In this document: in pieces, positions 1 to 8,120 of the stretch
Numbering within the stretch: the first letter of the stretch is position 1
Layout: every line of letters begins with the position of its first letter
Assembly: GCA_963931545.1 (NCBI GenBank)
Contig: OZ007025.1
Location: forward strand, 740,312-804,311
Length of the DNA stretch: 64,000 nucleotides
Direction: 5' to 3'
Source of the DNA: an uncultured Bacilli bacterium
Lineage (GTDB): Bacteria; Bacillota_I; Bacilli_A; RF39; UBA660
Notes under the pieces: generated by a model
What the model was told of the DNA's origin: nothing
Database searches by the model: none
Seen by the model: only the letters and a program-made list of their open reading frames with translations
Position numbers and translations under genes: made by a program

Positions 1-42
1 TCTTATTAAGTATATTGATTTTATAAGTATACTATTTTAAAG

Positions 43-67
43 CCATAAATTAATTTATGGTTTTTTT
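43..67 (+). terminator. Rho-independent terminator of an off-window upstream + strand gene
   Basis: Palindrome CCATAAATT/AATTTATGG followed by T7. Confidence 0.6.
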
Positions 68-100
68 GTCAAATATTGTCTAGTTATGATAGTGTACCCA

Positions 101-129
101 TATACAATATATTTATTATTTGATATAAT
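101..129 (+). promoter_or_regulatory. Sigma-A-like promoter with extended -10 for the autolysin gene
   Basis: TATACA (101-106), 17-nt spacer, TGaTATAAT (121-129). Confidence 0.4.
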
Positions 130-155
130 ATTTATAGGATAATTAGGAGGGCATA

Positions 156-3100
156 ATGATGAAAAAAGGATTGAAATTATTAATTTTATTTGGTTTTTTT
201 ATTTTTTTACCTTTTATTAAAGTAGAAGCTGCTTCAACTTATACAGTTGAGATGGTTGCGAATCAAACTGGTAATAAAGTTATTGGTAAATATAATAGTT
301 ATAGTGCGGCTTTGAATGCTATGAATGCCCAAAGTTCTAATGCCAATAGTGTTGCAACTATTTATAGAGATGGTATTCCTGTTGATAGTAAGTATGGTAT
401 TTTTAAATTTAAACCCGGTAGTACTTATAATTTATATGAAAGTGCGACCGGAAAAGCGTATACCTATGTTCATGGCTCTTATGGTACTGATGCGGCTTTA
501 CTAGGATATAGTGAAAATGGTAGAGTTAAAGTTATGATTAGTGGTTATACTGGTTGGACCGAGATAAACAATGGTGTAGTAACTCCTATTTCTTTAATGG
601 GTATTAATGGAAATATGATTAATGTTCCTGGTGGACTTGGAATTAGAATTAGAAAAACTCCATCTTTAAAAGGAACGGTTATTACACAAGTTGGAACAAC
701 TTCTAATTTTAGTTATACGGAAACTAGAAATGCAGATGGTTATACTTGGTATAAAATTAGTTATAATGGTAGTGAGGCTTGGATAGCTAAAACAGATAGT
801 GTGACTGTTTTAACAGGTACTAATGGTCTTGGAACATATTATAATCATTATGGTCCTACTGGTAATTTAATACATCATTTTACTTATTATAATGGTAAGG
901 GTTATGGAGATACATTTACTAATTTAGGTACAGCTCCTTCATTTTTAACTAAGGATGTTAGGTATTATAGTTTTGATGGTATTTATTTTTATTCTAATTT
1001 GACAAGTATGCTTGATGATTATAGAAGTGGTGGTTATAAAAGAAGTATCAATTATAATAGTCCATATTATTCATATTATTTATATTTACCTAGTCATTCA
1101 GTGACTGGTTATACAGCTGAAGATTTAGATAGAATTATTGCAAATAAAGGTTATAATGCATCTACTTCAAAAATGTATGGTACAGGTAAATATTTTAAAG
1201 AAGCTGAAGCTACTTATGGTCAAAATGCTTTAATGATGTTTAGTACAGCTATGAATGAGAGTGCGAATGGTACAAGTAAGATTGCTATGGATAAAAATAA
1301 TTTATTTGGCTATGGAGCTTCTGATAGTAATCCTTATGATGGTGCTTATACATATGCAAATCCTAGAGAATCTATTATGGATTATGCTAAAAGGACAGGT
1401 GGTAGTTATTCTTTAGTGACTGGTGCATATTATTATGGTGGTCATTATGGTAATAAATCAAGTGGTAGAAATGTTAAATATGCTTCTGATCCTTACTGGG
1501 GAGAAAAACAAGCTAGTAACTCATTTTTAAGCGATTTGGATTATGGTGGTAAAGATTTTAATTCAAGTACTATTGGAGTTACTAATAAAGATTTTGCTAA
1601 TGTATGGGTTTTTGATAAACCTGAAAGAAGCGATGCGGCACATAGATATAGTTTAAAAAATCCTAATACTAACGCTTTAGTTTATGATGTTTCAGTAAAT
1701 GTTGTAGATAAAGTATTGGGAGCCAATAATGAATGGTTTTATAAAGTATATACTGATTTACCAACTAGTGACAATCTTTTATATGGTTATGTTTTAGCTA
1801 ATGAAGTTAATGTTTCTAATAATCAACCAGTTATAAATGCTTCCGATAAAACAATTAAAGAAGGAGATACATTTAATCCATTAGAAGGTGTTATAGCATC
1901 TGACACCGAAAATGGTAATTTGACTAATAAAATTACATATGAAAGTAATGTAAATCCTAATGAAGAAGGTACATATAAAGTTACTTATACGGTTGTAGAT
2001 AATAGTAATTTTCATGCTAGTAAAACAATTACTGTTAAGGTTATATCTGCTGAGCTTCCTATAATTACTGCTGAAGATAAGGAAGTTAAGCAATTCGAAG
2101 AGTTTGATTATATGGATGGTGTAAGTGCTAAGGCATATGATGGGACAGATTTAACTGATGATATTACTTATGAAGAGACAGTTAATACAGATATTGCTGA
2201 TACTTATGAGGTTACTTATAAAGTAAAAGATACTAAGGGTAAAGAAGCAAGTAAAACTATTAATGTAACAGTTATTCCTAATGAAAAGCCAGTTATTAAT
2301 GCATCAGATAAAGAAATTTATTTAAATAGTGATTTTGATCCTTTAGAGGGTGTTACGGCTAGTGATGCTGAGGATGGACCTATTGAAAAAATTGAATATA
2401 AAGGTGAAGTTAAAACTGATGAGGTAGGGGATTATAAGGTTACTTATATAGTTACTGATAAAAATGGTCAAAAGACCGAAAAAACTATAACTGTTAAAGT
2501 TATTGTAAATCAGCTTCCAGTTATCAATGCATATGATAAAACAGTTTATTTGAATAGTGATTTTGATCCATTGGATGGTGTTACAGCTTATGATCCTGAA
2601 GATGGAACAATTACTAAAATTAATGTTGATTTAAATGAAGTAAAAACAAATGAACTTGGTCAATATAAAGTGACTTATTCAGTAACTGATTCATATGAAC
2701 AAACAGTTACTAAAACAATCACAGTTACTGTTAGTGAAAAAGTATTAGAAGAAAAAGAAGGATTATTCTATATTGGTTATTTAAGTAATATTAATGGAAA
2801 ACTAGAATTAAAAGGATATAATACAATTAAAGGTATTGATAATGACTTAAATCAAAAAATAGAATATAAGATAACTTTGAAAAATGTTGATAATGGTAAA
2901 ACATATGAACAATACGCTACAAGAATAACTGATGACAAAGATATTCCATTTGATGTTTATAGTTCAGATGGTAAAAACTATAAATATTCATGGTTTACAT
3001 TTGATTTTGATTTATCAGGATTACCTGCTGGAAATTACACTGCATCAATCATGTCAATTGGTGAAGATTACTACTCTGAAAATGTAATTAACAACAAGAC

Positions 3101-3680
3101 TAATAGCACACAAATTACAAGTTTTAATAACAACAAATATGTGACTATTAGAAACAATTATAATTATGATGATAGCCCAATCGAATTTATTATTCGTGAT
3201 GAAAAGCTAGCCGATAAAACAGTTGGAAGCTATTATAACCAATTTGATAATTATATAGATTTTAATTTCACTAATGATAATAAGTTGCACTTAAGAGGAA
3301 TGTCATACTCTTATGGAATGAATTTATCTAGTAGTACAAATGTTACAAGAAAGATAATTTTTGAAAACCAAGAAACATACGAAACATATATTAAAGATTT
3401 AGGTTCTGTAACTAATGGTGATTATAGCGCACCTCTTCCAGTAAGTGATGGATTAGACAAGACAAGAGCTTGGTATGATAATAATCTTGATATATCTGAT
3501 ATTCCAAAAGGAAATTATACAATTTATATAACTACAAGTGCTAATGTTACAGATATATCAGAATTCACTGAAAAACTAGGTAGAACACTTGATGATGTTA
3601 AAGCAACTATTAATGGAAAAAAATACAGTTTTAACATTAATTTTTCTAAAAATAGTAGAATTGAAATGAAAGTTGAATAA
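156..3680 (+). CDS. Secreted modular cell-wall hydrolase: SH3b-like + GH73 N-acetylglucosaminidase + 4 Ig-like (DUF5011-type) repeats + 2 C-terminal repeats
   Basis: 1174 aa. AGGAGG RBS at 145-150 and a signal peptide ending KVEA/AS. GH73-like motif AMNESANGTSKIAMDKNNLFGYGA. Four tandem ~77-aa repeats (PVINASDK...TITVKV) at nt ~1821-2740, then two ~150-aa C-terminal repeats each containing GNYT. Confidence 0.8.
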   Translation: MMKKGLKLLILFGFFIFLPFIKVEAASTYTVEMVANQTGNKVIGKYNSYSAALNAMNAQSSNANSVATIYRDGIPVDSKYGIFKFKPGSTYNLYESATGKAYTYVHGSYGTDAALLGYSENGRVKVMISGYTGWTEINNGVVTPISLMGINGNMINVPGGLGIRIRKTPSLKGTVITQVGTTSNFSYTETRNADGYTWYKISYNGSEAWIAKTDSVTVLTGTNGLGTYYNHYGPTGNLIHHFTYYNGKGYGDTFTNLGTAPSFLTKDVRYYSFDGIYFYSNLTSMLDDYRSGGYKRSINYNSPYYSYYLYLPSHSVTGYTAEDLDRIIANKGYNASTSKMYGTGKYFKEAEATYGQNALMMFSTAMNESANGTSKIAMDKNNLFGYGASDSNPYDGAYTYANPRESIMDYAKRTGGSYSLVTGAYYYGGHYGNKSSGRNVKYASDPYWGEKQASNSFLSDLDYGGKDFNSSTIGVTNKDFANVWVFDKPERSDAAHRYSLKNPNTNALVYDVSVNVVDKVLGANNEWFYKVYTDLPTSDNLLYGYVLANEVNVSNNQPVINASDKTIKEGDTFNPLEGVIASDTENGNLTNKITYESNVNPNEEGTYKVTYTVVDNSNFHASKTITVKVISAELPIITAEDKEVKQFEEFDYMDGVSAKAYDGTDLTDDITYEETVNTDIADTYEVTYKVKDTKGKEASKTINVTVIPNEKPVINASDKEIYLNSDFDPLEGVTASDAEDGPIEKIEYKGEVKTDEVGDYKVTYIVTDKNGQKTEKTITVKVIVNQLPVINAYDKTVYLNSDFDPLDGVTAYDPEDGTITKINVDLNEVKTNELGQYKVTYSVTDSYEQTVTKTITVTVSEKVLEEKEGLFYIGYLSNINGKLELKGYNTIKGIDNDLNQKIEYKITLKNVDNGKTYEQYATRITDDKDIPFDVYSSDGKNYKYSWFTFDFDLSGLPAGNYTASIMSIGEDYYSENVINNKTNSTQITSFNNNKYVTIRNNYNYDDSPIEFIIRDEKLADKTVGSYYNQFDNYIDFNFTNDNKLHLRGMSYSYGMNLSSSTNVTRKIIFENQETYETYIKDLGSVTNGDYSAPLPVSDGLDKTRAWYDNNLDISDIPKGNYTIYITTSANVTDISEFTEKLGRTLDDVKATINGKKYSFNINFSKNSRIEMKVE

Positions 3681-3707
3681 ATCGCAGATTATTTTCTGCG
3701 ATTTTTA
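3680..3707 (+). terminator. Rho-independent terminator of the autolysin gene
   Basis: Stem AATCGCAG/CTGCGATT followed by a T-run. Confidence 0.7.
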
Positions 3708-3878
3708 AATTCATACAAAGTTTACAAAAAAAGTATGACTTTCCTATTATATGAAAAAATTGGAAATGTTCAGGCACAAGTAGAAAACTTCTGCATCTAT
3801 GAAACATCTCCAACAAACTAATTATAACAAAAAGTTTTGCTAATTACAATAGTTTCAAAAAACTTATTTATAAAATTC

Positions 3879-3912
3879 AAAAAAAGATAACTCAAATTAT
3901 TGAATTATCTTT
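3879..3912 (-). terminator. Terminator of the PASTA-protein gene
   Basis: Stem AAGATAA..TCAA / TTGA..TTATCTT overlapping the stop codon, followed by U5 on the - strand. Confidence 0.5.
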
Positions 3913-5966
3913 TATTTATTAACGATTGTTATCTTTATAGTATCGCAGCTTGAAACCATTGAACCAGGTGTATGACTATAACTACATACAGCACCATTAC
4001 TTGCATTACCATTCGGACAACTTGTTACATAATCACATTCAATATTCAAGTTACTATTATTTGCAGTATTTTTCATAATCGAACAAGTCTCACCACCATT
4101 ACTTCCAGCTCCTCCAGCAGTAAATTTATAAGTATTACAAGTAGGGGTGGATGGAGTAGTTGTTCCACCAGAACTTCCACCTGATGAACCAGAATTATTT
4201 GAAGAGCCACTAGATGGTCTAGAAGATGAACTAGAGCTAGATGTTTTATTTGAATTGCTAGTTGTCTTTTTATCAGTAGCAATAGTTATAGTGATTGTGT
4301 CTCCTTTAGAAATTTGTGTTCCTTCTGCAATACTTTGATTAATAACTTTTCCTGATGATTTTGTAGAATATTCTTCTTTGAATGTACAATTAATACCTAA
4401 ATTATCACATTCTTTTTTAGCTTCAGATTTAGTCATTCCATTAAAGTTTGGAACAGTTACTGCAGTTCCTTTAGAAACGTATACTGTAATGGTTTCTTCT
4501 AAATTAATATTTGCTCCTTCTTCGATAGAAGTTTTAATAATTTTATCTTTTTCAAATTCATCATTAAATTCTTCTTTTATTTCATATTTGATACCATTTG
4601 TATCAGCCCAGCTCTTAAAGTCATTTATATTATCGAACTTTTTCATAACTAGTGGGCCTTTAGAAAATGTAACATCAACAGTTGTTCCTTCTTCAATTAT
4701 ATCTCCTTCTTTATAATTACTTTCAATTACACGGCCAGATTTAATTTCGTTATCATATTTATCTGAATAATTGATTTGTAAATTATTTTCAACCATCCAT
4801 TTTGTAACATAAGCCATTGTTTTATTTTTTAAATTAGGAACTTTTATTTCTTTACCTTTAGAAATAGTTAAAGTAACTGAGTCATCTGGATTTACAGTTG
4901 TTCCTTTTTTAGGATTACTGCTTATTACATGATCTTTTTCTATATTGTCTGAAAATTCATATTTTAATTCATATAAAATTCCATTACGGCCTAAATAAAC
5001 TTCGGCATTTAATAAACTTTCGTTTTTTAAGTCTTTTAATTTAATAGGGGATAGAGCAGCTTTATCTCCTAAAGATACTGTAAATATAATTGGATCATTT
5101 CTTTTTATTGTTCCTGTTTTATTTTGTGATATTACTGTATCTTTTTTAACACTTGTATTTTCTTCAAAGTTAATAGTAACACTATTTAAGAAATTTTCAT
5201 TAATAAAATCTAAAACATCATCAACATTCCATCCTGTCATATCGGCTAGAATTACATCTTTATTATAGTCTGGGCCATTAGAAACAACAAATTCAACATT
5301 GTCTATATTTTTAGTTAAAGTTTCTGGTTTTTTACTTTGACTTATTACACTATATTTTTGAGTTGTATCACTATATTCAAAGTTTTGATCTGTTTTAACA
5401 TTGTTTTCTTCAGTCCAGTTAATTGCTTTAGTTAAATTTTCACTTTCAAAATTTGGTAAATAGCTTTGGATTGGTAAACTAATTATATCTGTCATATATA
5501 GACCATTAAAAGCTATAGCTCCGAGAACAATTAGTGCTGTAACAATAGTTGGAGCAGATTTGTTTTTGAAAAATGATTTTTTAAAACTAATTAAAAAGCA
5601 TGTCATAATTATTAGAAGGAAAAAGGCATTGATGATTTGATAAATTTGATTTATTTGATTTGCTGAATCAACAATTAAATAAATGAAAACAGCAATCGTA
5701 ATAACATAGGTTAATGAAAGAAACATGTTAGCGGCTTTTGGCTTTTTTATTTCTTCTTTGGTATTATCAAATTCTTGTCTTCTTTGTTTTTTAGGATTTT
5801 TATAAACATTTTTCTTTCCATCGTTAAAGATAATATTTTTAAGTTCAGCTCTTTTTTCTTCTAATTCTTTTTCCTTTTGAGTTTGTTTATTTTTGAGTTC
5901 TTCTTCAAACTTTTTTCTTTCAGTTCTAGATGTATATGATGTATTATTAAAATCTTTATTTTCCAT
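3912..5966 (-). CDS. Membrane-anchored multi-PASTA-repeat protein without a kinase or transpeptidase domain, with a Ser/Gly linker and a six-Cys C-terminal module
   Basis: 684 aa. Lys/Glu-rich N-terminus and 3-4 TM helices. Five to six PASTA-like units ending in SNGP / SLGDK / SKGKE / SKGP / SKGT. S/G-rich tract at nt ~4140-4265 and a 75-aa C-terminus with 6 Cys at nt 3915-4139. Confidence 0.7.
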   Translation of the reverse strand: MENKDFNNTSYTSRTERKKFEEELKNKQTQKEKELEEKRAELKNIIFNDGKKNVYKNPKKQRRQEFDNTKEEIKKPKAANMFLSLTYVITIAVFIYLIVDSANQINQIYQIINAFFLLIIMTCFLISFKKSFFKNKSAPTIVTALIVLGAIAFNGLYMTDIISLPIQSYLPNFESENLTKAINWTEENNVKTDQNFEYSDTTQKYSVISQSKKPETLTKNIDNVEFVVSNGPDYNKDVILADMTGWNVDDVLDFINENFLNSVTINFEENTSVKKDTVISQNKTGTIKRNDPIIFTVSLGDKAALSPIKLKDLKNESLLNAEVYLGRNGILYELKYEFSDNIEKDHVISSNPKKGTTVNPDDSVTLTISKGKEIKVPNLKNKTMAYVTKWMVENNLQINYSDKYDNEIKSGRVIESNYKEGDIIEEGTTVDVTFSKGPLVMKKFDNINDFKSWADTNGIKYEIKEEFNDEFEKDKIIKTSIEEGANINLEETITVYVSKGTAVTVPNFNGMTKSEAKKECDNLGINCTFKEEYSTKSSGKVINQSIAEGTQISKGDTITITIATDKKTTSNSNKTSSSSSSSRPSSGSSNNSGSSGGSSGGTTTPSTPTCNTYKFTAGGAGSNGGETCSIMKNTANNSNLNIECDYVTSCPNGNASNGAVCSYSHTPGSMVSSCDTIKITIVNK

Positions 5967-6057
5967 ATTATCACCTATAATAATTATACCTTAAAAGGTG
6001 AATAAATAATATATTGTAAAGTGTTTTTAACTGTTATTTTACTTATACTTTACAAAA

Positions 6058-6082
6058 GAAAAAAGAATGCAAAAGGCATTCT
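6058..6082 (-). terminator. Terminator of the hydrolase gene
   Basis: Stem AGAATGC/GCATTCT followed by a U-run on the - strand. Confidence 0.6.
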
Positions 6083-6729
6083 CATCTTAAATGATTTTTA
6101 ATTAAACTCATAGTTTTACTTCCATGATCAATACTTGTTAATGGATTATGTAATTTTGAATTAATAATTTCAATCTCTACGTTATCTTTTCTATTGGCTA
6201 AGCGGTGTAGATATTCCTTTGGTATAAAAATATCATCTTTAGAATATATAATTAAAATTGGAACATTAACTCTTTCAAGAGCTAAAGTTGCCCATGGTTT
6301 GGTTCTATTAAATAAAATGATTGATTTGGCAGTTTCTCCGCTAATTTTTTTACTTTTTTCTCCAAAAGGTCTTTGAATAGAAGGATGAGTTTTTGCTTCT
6401 TCAATTATTCTTTTTTCTTTTTTAGAATATTCACCAAACTCTGGTGAAATTAAAATCATTTTTTTAACTTTAGAGGATTTTTCGGTATTTAATATTCCTA
6501 AATTACATCCCATAGAATGACAAATAATGTTTACGTCTTGTCCTATAGGGTTGCTTCTTCTAACTTCATCATCAATGGCTGCATTTAATTTTTCTTTTGA
6601 AAAAAGAGGTAGGCCTTCATAACTATAAAAAACATTTGTAAATCTTAAATGATTTTCCTTAAACATACTTCTAATTTTTTCTAATTCTTGATTATCAGTA
6701 GATAATCCTTTGAAATATAAATTATTCAT
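6082..6729 (-). CDS. Alpha/beta-fold hydrolase (esterase/lipase-like)
   Basis: 215 aa. Nucleophile-elbow motif ICHSMGCN and no signal peptide. Confidence 0.55.
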   Translation of the reverse strand: MNNLYFKGLSTDNQELEKIRSMFKENHLRFTNVFYSYEGLPLFSKEKLNAAIDDEVRRSNPIGQDVNIICHSMGCNLGILNTEKSSKVKKMILISPEFGEYSKKEKRIIEEAKTHPSIQRPFGEKSKKISGETAKSIILFNRTKPWATLALERVNVPILIIYSKDDIFIPKEYLHRLANRKDNVEIEIINSKLHNPLTSIDHGSKTMSLIKNHLR

Positions 6730-6791
6730 TTTATCATATCCTTTCTGGTTATTCCATTATAACACATATATGATATTACGAAGAAAAATAT

Positions 6792-7853
6792 TTAAAAAAT
6801 TGTTTTTTCTTTAAACTTAATTTTTTTTATTAGGTATGTAATAATCAAAGAAAACACAAAAATTAAAATAGATATTAGTGGTATTGAAAGAATTGGCTTG
6901 AAGTCAGTAATTTGTATTATATTAAAATCAAATAATAAATTCATAATTAAAATATGGATGATGTATATTCCTAAAGTACAATTTGATATAGTTGTAATTT
7001 GTTTTCTATATATTTTTTCAGATTTAAAATATGTATTTTTAAAACATAAGAATAGTGCACATGCTTCGAAAAATGTAAATATACTAAAATTGTCATAAAA
7101 ATTGCCAATATTTGTCTTTTCATATTGAGATACAAGGAAGGTTAATAACGCACAAGTAATTACGCTTAAAATTCCCATTATATAAATAATTTTTCTTTTC
7201 TTTGGAGAAATATCAAAATTATATAGAAAATATCCTAACAAGAAATAACTATAATATTGACAAATTAAGGCTATAGGAAGTTTATTAAATATTTTATTTA
7301 ATATATTTATATAAGGTATAAAAGAACAATACGAAATGGTTTTTATCAAACATCCAATTATTAGTAATCCAAAGAAATATTTAAAAATTTTTTTGCTAGA
7401 GTTTTGAGTAATTTTAATTAAAATAGGTGAAATAATATATAATCCAATTATTGTTGGAATATACCAAAAATGATAAGGGCCATTAATAATTGATAAAATT
7501 AAATTTTTAAAATTAAAATCTATTCTATTAATCAAAATATCATAAATGTAATAAACAATAGACCATAATATAAAAATGAAAACTAACTTAAGTATATATT
7601 TTTTAAATATAGTAACAATATCTTTTTCTTTTGTACTATTCAAAAAGAAGACACCACTAATCATTATGAAAATTGGAACAGCACTTCTAGCCATACTATC
7701 ATAAAAATTATAAACATTAAATTCAAATGTATTACTGGGGACTGAATACCACAAATATGCTGATACATGAATGACAATTACCATAAATGATGCCAAAATT
7801 CTAATTAAATCTAAATTATAATCTCTCTTTTGCTTTTTTATCGTGTTGTTCAT
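6792..7853 (-). CDS. Acyltransferase-3 family membrane O-acyltransferase
   Basis: 353 aa, about 10 TM helices. N-terminal motif NLDLIRILASFMVIVIHV is typical of AT3 enzymes. Confidence 0.7.
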   Translation of the reverse strand: MNNTIKKQKRDYNLDLIRILASFMVIVIHVSAYLWYSVPSNTFEFNVYNFYDSMARSAVPIFIMISGVFFLNSTKEKDIVTIFKKYILKLVFIFILWSIVYYIYDILINRIDFNFKNLILSIINGPYHFWYIPTIIGLYIISPILIKITQNSSKKIFKYFFGLLIIGCLIKTISYCSFIPYINILNKIFNKLPIALICQYYSYFLLGYFLYNFDISPKKRKIIYIMGILSVITCALLTFLVSQYEKTNIGNFYDNFSIFTFFEACALFLCFKNTYFKSEKIYRKQITTISNCTLGIYIIHILIMNLLFDFNIIQITDFKPILSIPLISILIFVFSLIITYLIKKIKFKEKTIF

Positions 7854-8120
7854 TTTTAACCTCCTGATATAAAAAGTATAACATAGAAAACATAAAAAAC
7901 CAATTTATAAGGTAAAAAAAGCGTGTGTTTTTGATTTCTAAAGTATAAAATTTTAAAAGTAAAGAACAAGATTAGAAATACAATTAAATAACTTATGATA
8001 ATTTAGTGGAGCTGAGTAATAAGTATTAAAATTTTAAAATCCAAAATACATTTTTTTAGATGCCTATGATTTTATGCAAAAATCTGATATAATATTTTTG
8101 AAAACATGGAGGGGTATTTA

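Noticed and set aside
3972-4716. Four track ORFs (3972-4184 +, 4073-4282 -, 4147-4338 +, 4378-4716 +)
   Set aside because: All lie inside the PASTA-protein gene, mostly over its Ser/Gly-rich low-complexity tract, which keeps several frames open. None has an RBS or a motif.
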